From NCBI GenBank assembly GCA_965197525.1, contig OZ240211.1, forward strand, positions 1,696,001-1,760,000: a DNA stretch of 64,000 bases, written 5' to 3'. Source of the DNA: Nitrosopumilus sp. GTDB lineage: Archaea; Thermoproteota; Nitrososphaeria; Nitrososphaerales; Nitrosopumilaceae. The first letter of the stretch is position 1, and every line of letters starts with the position of its first letter. The translations under genes were made by a program, and so were the position numbers. The notes beneath the pieces were generated by a model. The model had not been told where the DNA came from and searched no databases. It saw only the letters and a list, made by a program, of their open reading frames with translations. Shown in pieces: positions 49,065-59,292 of this stretch.

Positions 49065-50468
49065 ATGACATATGATTCCATAATCACTGATTCCCATATA
49101 GTGCTCCCACAAGGAATACTGGAAAAAAACATCCTAATTGATGAGGGAAAGATTGTAGGGTTTACAAACGATACTCCGTCTTGTGATAATAAAATAAATG
49201 GCAACAACCTGATCTCAATACCCGGTCCTATTGACACACATACTCATTATGGTGTATACTCTCCAATTAATCAAGCAGCAAAGACTGAATCGCATGCTGC
49301 TGCAATCGGTGGAATAACTACCATGATGAGAATGCTTCGATTGGGTACAAGTTTTACCACATCACTGCAGTCTCAACTTGACGCTGCATCTCTTAATCAT
49401 TATATTGACTATGCCATTCATGCTTCTATCTTTACTTTACAACAGATAAGTGAGATGACATTTTGCATCAAAAAAGGGGTAACATCTTTTAAAATCTATA
49501 TGAATCTTGGGGGTAAAGTCGGTCATGTGTATATGGATATGCCTCCCAATTCATCTGCACTTGTTGCCGCCCAAGTTGACGTTACTGATGATATAGTACG
49601 GGAGACCGTAAAAACAGCTGCTGCACTTGGCTGTCCCGTATTGGTACATGCAGAAGACTATGAATCATGTGGATGTGGCATGCAGACTGCAAAAGAAAAA
49701 AATCAGGATGGTTTGTCTGCATGGTCTTCTAGTCGTTCTCCTGAATCTGAAGTCAAGGCGATAAAGACTGTATCTAAGTTCGGACGAGATTATAACTGTG
49801 TCATTTATTTTGTTCATATTGGTTCTAGACGTGCATTAGAGCAAATCACAAAAGAGAAGAAACTAGGGACAAAAATCTTTGTAGAGACATGTCCACATTA
49901 TCTTACATTATCTTATGATACGCAGTCAGGCTATCTTGCCAAGGTTATGCCTCCAATTCGTACATCTGATGACTGTCAGGCAGTATGGAGTGCCTTGTCT
50001 GAAAACCGTATTGACACGATAGGTACTGACCATGTGGCAAATCAGCTCAAACTAAAACTAGACGGCAATGATGTCTGGAGCGCTCTTGCAGGATTCCCTG
50101 GAATTGGAACCGTGTTGCCGTTATTACTGCACTATGGAGTTAATCAGCACAAGATTACACTTGAGCAGTTTGTAAAGTTTACAAGCCAAAATGCTGCCCA
50201 AATTTTTGGAATGTACCCTCAAAAAGGTATGTTGTCTATACATTCTGATGCAGATATTACAATGATCGATTTGAAAAAAGAACAAAAAGTTACATCTGAT
50301 CTGTTTGGTGGATTTTCTGACTATATTGTATATGAGGGAAGGAATCTGAAAGGATGGCCTGTTAAGACAATTGTTCGCGGCGAGCTGGTCGCAGATGATT
50401 TTGAGATTGTTGGAAGATTGGGTCACGGCAGGCTTGTTGAGCGAAAAATCAACTCTTTGTCTAATTAA
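49065..50468 (+). CDS. cyclic amidohydrolase (dihydroorotase/dihydropyrimidinase family)
   Basis: PGPIDTHTH, GGITT, SFKIY, VHAED, ETCPHYL, GTDH, DADI. Confidence 0.85.
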   Translation: MTYDSIITDSHIVLPQGILEKNILIDEGKIVGFTNDTPSCDNKINGNNLISIPGPIDTHTHYGVYSPINQAAKTESHAAAIGGITTMMRMLRLGTSFTTSLQSQLDAASLNHYIDYAIHASIFTLQQISEMTFCIKKGVTSFKIYMNLGGKVGHVYMDMPPNSSALVAAQVDVTDDIVRETVKTAAALGCPVLVHAEDYESCGCGMQTAKEKNQDGLSAWSSSRSPESEVKAIKTVSKFGRDYNCVIYFVHIGSRRALEQITKEKKLGTKIFVETCPHYLTLSYDTQSGYLAKVMPPIRTSDDCQAVWSALSENRIDTIGTDHVANQLKLKLDGNDVWSALAGFPGIGTVLPLLLHYGVNQHKITLEQFVKFTSQNAAQIFGMYPQKGMLSIHSDADITMIDLKKEQKVTSDLFGGFSDYIVYEGRNLKGWPVKTIVRGELVADDFEIVGRLGHGRLVERKINSLSN

Positions 50469-50550
50469 TTGTAAATGATGTTATGCGCAAATAATTTTTT
50501 ATAATCTGGCAATACGTACATACATACCGAATCTTCTATTCTCACGAATT

Positions 50551-51237
50551 TCAAAGAATATCATATTTACCATTGGCTCTTGCCTTGTAAATAACATCAG
50601 GTCTTTTGAGAAATATTCCTGATTCTAATACTCCTCCGGTCTGTTTGATCTTTTTGGTCAGTGCTTTTGGATTCTTTATTGCTCCAAAGTCGCAATCTAA
50701 AATTATATTTCCATTTTCTGTAAAGAATGGATATCCATTTTGAAGTGTACGTATGCGTGCTCTTCCGCCCATCTTGCTAATGGCATCCGTAACGGGATTT
50801 CTCGCAAGTGTGTGCACTTCTACTGGAACGGCCATTGTAAAGTTTTTTACAAATTTTGTTTTATCTGCCATTACTACAATTTTTTTGGCATGGTTGAACA
50901 AAATATTCTCTTGAAGCAATGCGCCACCGCCACCCTTGATCAGATATCTCTCTGAATTGATCTGATCTGCACCGTCAAAGATTACATCAATGTGTTCTAC
51001 TTGGTTTGTCTCTACTAGCGGTATTTTGTATTTTTCTGCAATTAATCTAATCTGTAATGATGTTGGCACTCCTCGAATATTGTATCTCTTTGACTTTATC
51101 ATCGTTGCAAGTGATTCTGTAAATGCTCTGGCCGCTCGTCCACTGCCTAATCCTATTATGTCACCGTCTTTTACAAATTTTAACGCATCATTTGCTACTG
51201 ATTTTATGGCATCGTCATAACTGCTGCGACTTACCAG
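50551..51237 (-). CDS. rpiA: ribose-5-phosphate isomerase A (5' end lacks a canonical start)
   Basis: DGADQ, IKGGGGALLQE, TENGNIILD; frame stays open upstream of track ATG 51102 through IIGLGSG to CTG 51237. Confidence 0.88.
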   Translation of the reverse strand: MVSRSSYDDAIKSVANDALKFVKDGDIIGLGSGRAARAFTESLATMIKSKRYNIRGVPTSLQIRLIAEKYKIPLVETNQVEHIDVIFDGADQINSERYLIKGGGGALLQENILFNHAKKIVVMADKTKFVKNFTMAVPVEVHTLARNPVTDAISKMGGRARIRTLQNGYPFFTENGNIILDCDFGAIKNPKALTKKIKQTGGVLESGIFLKRPDVIYKARANGKYDIL

Positions 51238-52407
51238 TCACTCCACCTCTGCTTGGTCAAGTTTTGTCATTATCTTTACAATATCTTTTTTTATCTCATC
51301 TAAATCTTGTATATCGCCATCACCATCATCAAATTCTACATCTGTTGTAACTGGGTTTTCTTCTAAAGATAATTTAGAGCTCGTGTCTGTTTTATCGGGA
51401 TCTATCACTGCTACAGGTTTAGGCATCGCTATTGAGGTGCGTGTTTTTTCAAGTTGATTTTCTGGTTTTTGTACCATTGCTTGCATTATCTGAATTTTGT
51501 CTTCTGTACTTTGTATTGGTACTTTTCCATCTATCTCTTCTTCTATTGGTAATATCTTGCCTGTTTGCACGGATTCTGATATTGCCAGTGCCGATTTTTT
51601 TGTACTAGCTGTTTCTGGTAACGTTCCGACCTCTGTTTGGCTATCCACTTTTGGTAACACCGGCGCTACTACTGCCGTAACCGATGCTGCAGGTGCTGCT
51701 ACTGCCGTAACCGATGCGGTAGGTGCTGCCGTAACCGATGCTGCAGCTGCTGTTACCGCCTTTCCAACCTCTGTTTGGTTATCCACTTTTGGTAGCACAG
51801 GTGCTGCTGTTACCGCCGTTCCAACTTTAGTTTCAATGTTTTTTGATTGTGGTACTGACTCTTTCGTCAGCGTTGGCTCTTTTTGGCCTATCGATATCTT
51901 TGATTTTTCACTAATTCCATCTTTTAATTCCTGTGTCTTCTCTGAACTGTTCTCTACTGTTTTTGTAATGTCTGGTTGCTTTATTTTTGGCAATTCTTGT
52001 TTTGATGCCTCTTGCATCTTTGCTGATATCTCGTCTAACCTGCCATCCAATTTTGATAATTTCTTATCCATTAGCGCAGCCAAACTGTTGCTTACTAGAT
52101 TAAAGTCTGGATGTTCTCTTGCCTGTTCTAGTCTGTCTAATTTTTCTGTTACAATCTTTAATTGATACTGGTATTTTGCTAGTAGTTTGTCTTTTTGGGC
52201 ATTGGTAATATCCGGGCTGTCTTTGTATAGTCTTGTAATTATTTTATTGAGAATATCTCTTTCAACTTTTAGGGACGTGATCTGATTTTTAACGTGGGTG
52301 TTTACTGTGGTTTTACCTGCTTGATTCTTTTCTTTTGGAATTCGTCGCACAATGGCAGCTGTTGCAACTCCTGCTAGCGAACTAAGAATAATAGCAATTT
52401 CTTGCAT
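51238..52407 (-). CDS. conserved coiled-coil protein with N-terminal membrane anchor and A/V/T/P repeat insert
   Basis: Hydrophobic N-terminus, heptad region, repeated PVLPKVDxQTEVG and SVTA units. Confidence 0.7.
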   Translation of the reverse strand: MQEIAIILSSLAGVATAAIVRRIPKEKNQAGKTTVNTHVKNQITSLKVERDILNKIITRLYKDSPDITNAQKDKLLAKYQYQLKIVTEKLDRLEQAREHPDFNLVSNSLAALMDKKLSKLDGRLDEISAKMQEASKQELPKIKQPDITKTVENSSEKTQELKDGISEKSKISIGQKEPTLTKESVPQSKNIETKVGTAVTAAPVLPKVDNQTEVGKAVTAAAASVTAAPTASVTAVAAPAASVTAVVAPVLPKVDSQTEVGTLPETASTKKSALAISESVQTGKILPIEEEIDGKVPIQSTEDKIQIMQAMVQKPENQLEKTRTSIAMPKPVAVIDPDKTDTSSKLSLEENPVTTDVEFDDGDGDIQDLDEIKKDIVKIMTKLDQAEVE

Positions 52408-52575
52408 CTATGTATACCATTTGATCCAAGAGTACTTTCTGCGTTTAGCATCTGGAAATCCACAACTGGCACACTGATAATGACGTTTATGAAGCGAATT
52501 CTTGCCACATCTTCTACACCTGATGTGAACCTTTTTCTTTGTAAAACCACCCATGGAAGTTGTGCCTTTTGTCAT
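52408..52575 (-). CDS. rpl37e: 50S ribosomal protein L37e (below ORF-track cutoff)
   Basis: [10 protein letters not shown]...[25 protein letters not shown]. Confidence 0.95.
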   Translation of the reverse strand: MTKGTTSMGGFTKKKVHIRCRRCGKNSLHKRHYQCASCGFPDAKRRKYSWIKWYT

Positions 52576-52587
52576 CTATGATCACAC

Positions 52588-52824
52588 CTAATGGGCCACT
52601 GGCGGTGGTGATATCATAACCACGTTGTCTCCTCTGACCACAATGCTTCCAAGACTTTTAGTATCTCCTTGAGCAGAAATTTCCTCTGATGCGTCTAGTA
52701 GCAGATTCATGTGTTGGTCAAAACCTAGTAAATTACCTCTAATGGTCTTACTGCCTTTGAGTTTTATCAATACTATTTGATCAATACTTTCGTCTAATAC
52801 CTTTACTGCCATATCAACGGACAT
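52588..52824 (-). CDS. Sm-like archaeal protein (Lsm)
   Basis: GNLLGFDQHMNLLL, VVRGDNV; upstream of rpl37e as usual. Confidence 0.92.
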   Translation of the reverse strand: MSVDMAVKVLDESIDQIVLIKLKGSKTIRGNLLGFDQHMNLLLDASEEISAQGDTKSLGSIVVRGDNVVMISPPPVAH

Positions 52825-52872
52825 CTATATCACTCACTTTATGTGGTGTAAAAGGATTATATTAAAATTTCA

Positions 52873-53625
52873 TTAGCGCACTTGTGATATATCGTTATTT
52901 AGGCACACTTGCAATATTTTTTTTCTAATATTTTGAACAATCTGCGATAAAATCCTTTCTCCATCTACCTTGGTTGCTTTCCTTGGATCTCCCCAAACCC
53001 CGTTCTCAGTAACTTGGATAAACGACTTGTTTGCAATCTTGTTAATCTTTGCTACCTCCCTCTTTGACATCTTATCTGTTATCAGTCCTTTTTTTGCCAA
53101 TCTCATCTTTACATTCTTTGAGATTGCAAGCATTAGCGATGTTTCTACAAACCCTGCATGATCAAACTCCCTTGTCATAAAATGCCAGTAAGACAGCACA
53201 GATACCCTGAGTCTACCTTTTGATCTCTCTTTGAGTTTTGCATCCAAATTCTTTATTGCCTTGAGATTTCCATGATGGCCGTTAATTATGAAGACTGTTC
53301 TGATATTATTTGATAAAAGCGACAGGCACAAGTCAATTAAAACACTGCGTAGCGTTGATTCCCTGATGCTTAGATTGAAAAATGGCGCATGCTCAAATGA
53401 TACTCCGTAGTTTATTGTTGGCAACAACATATATCTGTCCTTCTCTGAGACTTGTCTTGCAATCTCTGTAACAATATCTGAATCGACTGATACCGGTAAG
53501 TGTGGTCCGTGCTGTTCAATGGCGCCTATTGGAATTATTGCAACTTGGTGATTCTTCTTCTTCTTTGCTATATCTTCTCGTATCTTGGGATCAAACTGCT
53601 CTCTGATCTCTGTCATCTGAATCAC
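52873..53625 (-). CDS. creatininase-family amidohydrolase
   Basis: PIGAIEQHGPHLPVSVD, YGVSFEH, NGHHGN, DHAGFVETS. Confidence 0.88.
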   Translation of the reverse strand: MIQMTEIREQFDPKIREDIAKKKKNHQVAIIPIGAIEQHGPHLPVSVDSDIVTEIARQVSEKDRYMLLPTINYGVSFEHAPFFNLSIRESTLRSVLIDLCLSLLSNNIRTVFIINGHHGNLKAIKNLDAKLKERSKGRLRVSVLSYWHFMTREFDHAGFVETSLMLAISKNVKMRLAKKGLITDKMSKREVAKINKIANKSFIQVTENGVWGDPRKATKVDGERILSQIVQNIRKKILQVCLNNDISQVR

Positions 53626-54464
53626 TTTGATTTAATGTGGACTTTTCTCCAACGAACTTCAAGTTTGTTTTGGAGGTGCATCTTTATTGCCTTGAGCAGT
53701 GTCTCTGCTTCAAGCTTCTGCCCCTTTTCTTTTATCTCTTTTAGTGTATTCTTTGGATCTACCTTGAAGGAATCCTGAAGTATGATGGGTCCTTGATCTA
53801 GATTTTCTGTCACGTAATGTGTTGTAACTCCTACAATCTTTGTTCCTCTTTCATATGCTTGTGCATAAGCTAAAGCACCTGGAAACGCAGGCAGCACTGA
53901 TGGATGTATGTTTATAATTCTATTTGGGTACCTCCAAACAAAATTTGGTGTTAGAATTCTCATATACCTTGCAAGAACGATCAGATCAATGTCATATTTT
54001 TTACATATCTTTATGATCTTCTCTTCTGCATCTGTTTGAATTTTTTCATTTATTGTGACAAACGGAATATTTGCTTTTTTAGCCAACGCTTCTAATGTTT
54101 TTTCAGTACCTATAACTACCGATATATTTCCTTTTAGGGTTTTTGCGTTATTGAGGATCTTTTCAAGACAAAGCGGTTCTTTTGTTACTAGTACTGCAAT
54201 ATTTTTCTGTGAGTTAGTCTCATAATGTACACTTGCATCCATGCTCTCTTTTTTAGCTAGATTCTGGATTTCGGTATCGAATTTTTTGACGTTGATCTTT
54301 TTTGAGAAAGATATTTCCAGATACATTCCAAAAACTCCTTCTATTACATTTTGATTTACTTTCTCAATATTTCCGTTTTGAGCGAATGCGAAATTTGTAA
54401 ATGACGCCACTATTCCTTCTCTGTCTTTTCCCACTATGGTAATTCCAATCGTTGTCTTTTTCAT
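53622..54464 (-). CDS. purU: formyltetrahydrofolate deformylase
   Basis: N-terminal ACT (GKDREGIVA), LARYMRIL, INIHPSVLPAFPGA, LDQGPII. Confidence 0.92.
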   Translation of the reverse strand: MKKTTIGITIVGKDREGIVASFTNFAFAQNGNIEKVNQNVIEGVFGMYLEISFSKKINVKKFDTEIQNLAKKESMDASVHYETNSQKNIAVLVTKEPLCLEKILNNAKTLKGNISVVIGTEKTLEALAKKANIPFVTINEKIQTDAEEKIIKICKKYDIDLIVLARYMRILTPNFVWRYPNRIINIHPSVLPAFPGALAYAQAYERGTKIVGVTTHYVTENLDQGPIILQDSFKVDPKNTLKEIKEKGQKLEAETLLKAIKMHLQNKLEVRWRKVHIKSK

Positions 54465-55607
54465 GATCTTTTACCATGTCTTCTTTTTATTAACCATTCA
54501 CTAAGGATCAGTGTCTCGTGTTATCGTATTGTAAGGCATTTGTATCTGAAAATATTCTATCTCTAATTGTTTTGAGCATTTTATTATCTGTAATCTCAGT
54601 CTCGTTTGTGTGCCTGCTACCGATATAGTGAGAAGGAAATAATGGCGTAGAAACATCAAAAACCTTAGACACACGATTTCATCTCAGCGTACTAAAAAAC
54701 TTCATGGCACATGAGACCATCCTGACCTTGTATTGATCGCTTGCAGGTTTTGCAATCTAGATGCTGGCATTTGACATCATCTATTCATTATAATAATCAT
54801 GGATATATGCCGCATAAAGTACTTGGCATTTAAAACAATGGGTTTTGACCCAGATTTTCAATGCCATTTTAAAGAAACTGAGGACGCTTGTTTGATGAAA
54901 ACCGTGTCTGTTAGCGGAGTTATCTGATTGCATATAACGCAAATTCTTTTGTTGCAAATCTGCAATGAATTTGCCAAATGCGGGTTCGTGGGACACGTAC
55001 ACATTATCTATTTCCTGCAAAGATCCTGTCATGATTCTGCGCCGTTTAACCTTGCCTCTGACTGAATAATGCGTGATCTCTATAATCAAAAACTTGGATT
55101 CCATCAAGGGATCTAACCACATACTGGTATCTGCCTCAAACAAATCATTCTTAGGCAAAATCCTCAAACGAGAAAACAATACTATTGAGCGTGTATTTGG
55201 CTCTATTGCAGTAAAGGCAATCTCTGTTTTGTATATCTAACTGTTTACTCATTTGTGTCTGCTTTGACGAATACTTCAATATGAGAACTTCCAGTGATCC
55301 CTGCTGCAGCAATTATTGCGATCGGGATTGCCAAGGCAGATAATTCAATCAATTCTAATAAACTCAACCCAAAGATGGAGCTTATCTCTGTTATCATTTG
55401 GAATTACCGTTCACCGTATCTCTCCACAGCTCCTGATAATCTGACATAACCATTAAAAATAGTTTAATATCTATGAATGATAGAGTCGTGTAATGTTTTT
55501 TAAACTACAAGGTACTTGCAGGACCGGTGCGTAATTCTGCCCGTCATATCGTACGCACTCTCAGATGTATATGCGATAAACTATGTACCAGTTTTGGTGC
55601 TGTCAAA

Positions 55608-58100
55608 ATGATATCTGTCCAAAGATTGGTAGTTATATCGTCATTATTATTGCTTTTTGTTGTGACTGTATCGTATGTATCATATGAGGCGTACGTCGAT
55701 ACAAATCCCTTCATAACTATCTGGAAAACGACCGAAACTAACGAATCCATAACTATCCCGGTGGGCGGCGCATCCGACACATACACAGTCAACTGGGGTG
55801 ATGGAACTATGTCTGCCGGTGTTACAGGAGATCAAATACACCAGTACACTACTGCAGGAAATTATACAGTCAGTATATCGGGCAACTTTGAACGAATTTA
55901 TCTTGGCGGTAACTCGGTTAATGCAAAAAAACTACAGTCAATTGAGCAGTGGGGCGATATCACGTGGTCTACGATGAACTTGGCGTTCCATACCACTTCA
56001 AACATGGTCTACAACGCTGTCGATTTACCAAACCTCTCAAGTGTGACTGACATGTCAGGCATGTTCAGTAGTTCCTCCTTCAACGGCGACATCTCCGGGT
56101 GGGACGTCTCGTCTGTAACTAACATGTCCTACATGTTCAGTGATTCTTACTTCAACGGCGACATCTCCGGGTGGGACGTCTCGTCTGTAACTAACATGTC
56201 CTACATGTTCATGAACTCAGATTACAAAGACTACACCGTCATTTGGGACGTCTCGTCGGTAAGCGACATGATAGATGTGTTCTGGCGAAATGATTTTAGC
56301 AGTACTTTCAAGTACGATTACGCCTTCAACGGCGACATCTCCGGGTGGGACGTCTCGTCGGTAACTGACATGTCAGGCATGTTCTGGCTTTCCGCCTTCA
56401 ACGGCGACATCTCCGGGTGGGACGTCTCGTCGGTAACTGACATGTCAGGCATGTTCGGAGATGCATCCTTCAACGGCGACATCTCCGGGTGGGACGTCTC
56501 GTCTGTAACTAACATGTCCTACATGTTCAGTGATTCTTACTTCAACGGCGACATCTCCGGGTGGGACGTCTCGTCGGTAACTAACATGTCAGGCATATTC
56601 TTGCGTTCATTCTTCAACGGCGACATCTCCGGGTGGGACGTCTCGTCGGTAACTAACATGTCAGGCATATTCTTGCGTTCATTCTTCAACGGCGACATCT
56701 CCGGGTGGGACGTCTCGTCTGTAACTAACATGTCCTACATGTTAAGTGATTCTTACTCCATAGACGACATCTCCGGGTGGGACGTCTCGTCTGTAACTAA
56801 CATGTCCTACATGTTCGGAAGAGCATTCTTCAACGGCGACATCTCCGGGTGGGACGTCTCGTCGGTAAATGACATCTCCTACATGTTCTTGCGTTCCTCC
56901 TTCAACGGCGACATCTCCGAGTGGGACGTCTCGTCGGTAACTAACATGTCAGGCATGTTCAGAGATACATCCTTCAACGGCGACATCTCCGAGTGGGACG
57001 TCTCGTCGGTAACTAACATGTACGGCATGTTCCTAGACTCATCCTTCAACGGCGACATCTCCGGGTGGGACGTCTCGTCGGTAACTAACATGTCTGAAAT
57101 GTTAAGTAGCCCATCCTTCAACGGCGACATCTCCGAGTGGGACGTCTCGTCGGTAACTAACATGTCTCACGTGTTCAGTAACTCAGCTTTCAACGGCGAC
57201 ATCTCCGAGTGGGACGTCTCGTCGGTAACTAACATGTCCTACATGTTCAATAATTCTCACTTCAACGGCGACATCTCCGGGTGGGACGTCTCGTCTGTAA
57301 CTAACATGTCCGCCATGTTCGCTAATTCTCACTTCAACGGCGACATCTCCGGATGGGATGTCTCGTCGGTAACTAGCATGACTGCCATGTTCTTGTACTC
57401 CTCTTTCAACGGCGACATCTCCGAGTGGGACGTCTCGTCTGTAACTAACATGTCTCACGTGTTCAGTAACTCAGCTTTCAACGGCGACATCTCCGGATGG
57501 GACGTCTCGTCTGTAACTAGCATGTATCGCATGTTCTCGTCCTCCTCCTTCAACGGCGACATCTCCGAGTGGGACGTCTCGTCTGTAACTAGCATGACCT
57601 CCCTGTTCTCATACTCCTCCTTCAACGGCGACATCTCCGAGTGGGACGTCTCGTCTGTAACTAACATGTCCTACATGTTCAATAATTCTCACTTCAACGG
57701 CGACATCTCCGGATGGGATGTCTCGTCGGTAAATGACATGTTTCACGTGTTCAGTAACTCAGCTTTCAACGGCGACCTCGGCAACTGGTACATTACGCTT
57801 GATAACACATCGATTGCCAAAATTCCAGGGACAGTCATAAACATCATAGCGCAGAACAGATTCCTTGTAGACCAAAGACTCGTATACGGTATTGGATCCG
57901 GTGACGGCTCGGAATATTTTGACATAAACGGTACCGAATTGATCCTGATGGCTACTCCAGATGACAGTCCGGTCACCGTTAACATAACCTCTACCATAAG
58001 CAGTCGCATCTACGACGTAAACAACAGCGTCTACAACATAGGCATTAGTGGGACCCATTCTCGCATATTTGAGATAACTTTCACACCAATACCACCTTGA
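55608..58100 (+). CDS. BspA/DUF285 leucine-rich-repeat surface protein
   Basis: N-terminal hydrophobic signal, FITIWKTT...VNWGDG PKD-like domain, 23 WDVSSV repeat units; ATG 55608 preferred over track GTG 55527. Confidence 0.9.
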   Translation: MISVQRLVVISSLLLLFVVTVSYVSYEAYVDTNPFITIWKTTETNESITIPVGGASDTYTVNWGDGTMSAGVTGDQIHQYTTAGNYTVSISGNFERIYLGGNSVNAKKLQSIEQWGDITWSTMNLAFHTTSNMVYNAVDLPNLSSVTDMSGMFSSSSFNGDISGWDVSSVTNMSYMFSDSYFNGDISGWDVSSVTNMSYMFMNSDYKDYTVIWDVSSVSDMIDVFWRNDFSSTFKYDYAFNGDISGWDVSSVTDMSGMFWLSAFNGDISGWDVSSVTDMSGMFGDASFNGDISGWDVSSVTNMSYMFSDSYFNGDISGWDVSSVTNMSGIFLRSFFNGDISGWDVSSVTNMSGIFLRSFFNGDISGWDVSSVTNMSYMLSDSYSIDDISGWDVSSVTNMSYMFGRAFFNGDISGWDVSSVNDISYMFLRSSFNGDISEWDVSSVTNMSGMFRDTSFNGDISEWDVSSVTNMYGMFLDSSFNGDISGWDVSSVTNMSEMLSSPSFNGDISEWDVSSVTNMSHVFSNSAFNGDISEWDVSSVTNMSYMFNNSHFNGDISGWDVSSVTNMSAMFANSHFNGDISGWDVSSVTSMTAMFLYSSFNGDISEWDVSSVTNMSHVFSNSAFNGDISGWDVSSVTSMYRMFSSSSFNGDISEWDVSSVTSMTSLFSYSSFNGDISEWDVSSVTNMSYMFNNSHFNGDISGWDVSSVNDMFHVFSNSAFNGDLGNWYITLDNTSIAKIPGTVINIIAQNRFLVDQRLVYGIGSGDGSEYFDINGTELILMATPDDSPVTVNITSTISSRIYDVNNSVYNIGISGTHSRIFEITFTPIPP
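56079..57788 (+). repeat. 72-bp tandem coding repeat array
   Basis: Near-invariant 48 nt (TTCAACGGCGACATCTCCGRGTGGGACGTCTCGTCKGTAACTAACATG) plus variable 24 nt per unit. Confidence 0.95.
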
Positions 58101-58650
58101 CAACATACCTCTGGGCTACATCGATCGAGAGACGTAGTTTTGTAGCTCAAATCACATACAACCAGATCTAGTCTATCGCGCGATTTTTTGTCCTTTAGAA
58201 AGTTGTTTAGTGTGTTCAATAATACACAATCATAAATTACATTTAAAGATAAAAAAATCCCAAATTCAGTTGTTAAAAAAAATAGATATTTTAAAAAACA
58301 AGTACATCCATATAATCATGATATCTCAAATGATGCATAATGATTTACTATTTTTGTTAAAAGATTCTATGAAAATCAAAGTTAAAAAATCATTTAGGTG
58401 AACTTGAACCGTACAACTAATTAATTACCATATACTGTACTGTCAACTTTGTATTTGTACCAATGTAATGTTAGATGATCTTACATGCAGCAGCAGCAGT
58501 ATCTAATAAACACATGTGCACAAACGCAGAGGTCATCCAAGTCCAAACAAAAGATAAATCTATAATTACACAAATCACATCTTTGAAGTTTTTTTTCTGA
58601 GAATTGTATTATATATCAAGTGTCATGTCTCACACCATCTATAGCTGTTT

Positions 58651-59124
58651 CTACTCTTTTAGCCATCTTACCAAGGCCTTGTTTGGATCTGCAATCTCGT
58701 CTATATTTGTATAATACCAGTCCTTCCAATCTTTTTTTGGCAGACCGGTAAACAACATTAGGTTAAGGGGGTATGTATCACTGTCAGTACACCTGCGAAA
58801 ATCATCACGAAACAAAAAAATCTCTTTGCCCCACGCGATTGCCATACCAAGCTCAACCATCACACCCTCGTCAGGTGGTGTTCCATTGACTACTGCAAAT
58901 ATGCCATCTGCGTCTCTGACATCCTGCATGTCAGATCGGCCTATCTCATAAGGGCTGTTGCTTTTTGGCCCATCATTTTGGTTGTTTCGCTCAAAAGGTT
59001 CCCATACCTCTGCTCCGAGTCCGCTTAACATCTTTACAAGATCCTGAAGCGGTCCTGTTTTTTGCTGTAAAGAAAATCCATACTGGTTTGCAAGATAAAG
59101 TGTTTTTTTTGCCACTATCTGCAT
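58651..59124 (-). CDS. nucleoside 2-deoxyribosyltransferase family protein
   Basis: DMQDVRDADGIFAVVNG..PDEGVMVELGMAIAWGK. Confidence 0.85.
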   Translation of the reverse strand: MQIVAKKTLYLANQYGFSLQQKTGPLQDLVKMLSGLGAEVWEPFERNNQNDGPKSNSPYEIGRSDMQDVRDADGIFAVVNGTPPDEGVMVELGMAIAWGKEIFLFRDDFRRCTDSDTYPLNLMLFTGLPKKDWKDWYYTNIDEIADPNKALVRWLKE

Positions 59125-59160
59125 CTCTTTGCATTTTATTTGTATTTATCTAAACTGTGG

Positions 59161-59245
59161 TGCGGGAGGTGGGATTCGAACCCACGAACTCCTAAGAGAT
59201 AGGGTCCTAAACCCTACGCCTTTGGCCAGGCTGGGCGACTCCCGC
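59161..59245 (-). tRNA. tRNA-Leu(TAG)
   Basis: Acceptor GCGGGAG/CTCCCGC, anticodon arm TAGGG-TT TAG GA-CCCTA, long variable arm; genomic CCA follows at 59160-59158. Confidence 0.95.
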
Positions 59246-59292
59246 AACAAATCTGCCGCTAGACACAAATTTATCTATTATTACCAAGTATT

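Noticed and set aside
54500-55500. ORF 54781-55179 and nearby broken frames
   Set aside because: Probably degraded genes, but I could not recognise any family or choose a coding frame
56079-57788. CRISPR-like constant/variable periodicity
   Set aside because: Period is exactly 72 nt and in frame within one ORF, variable parts are only 24 nt and related to each other, and no cas genes are present
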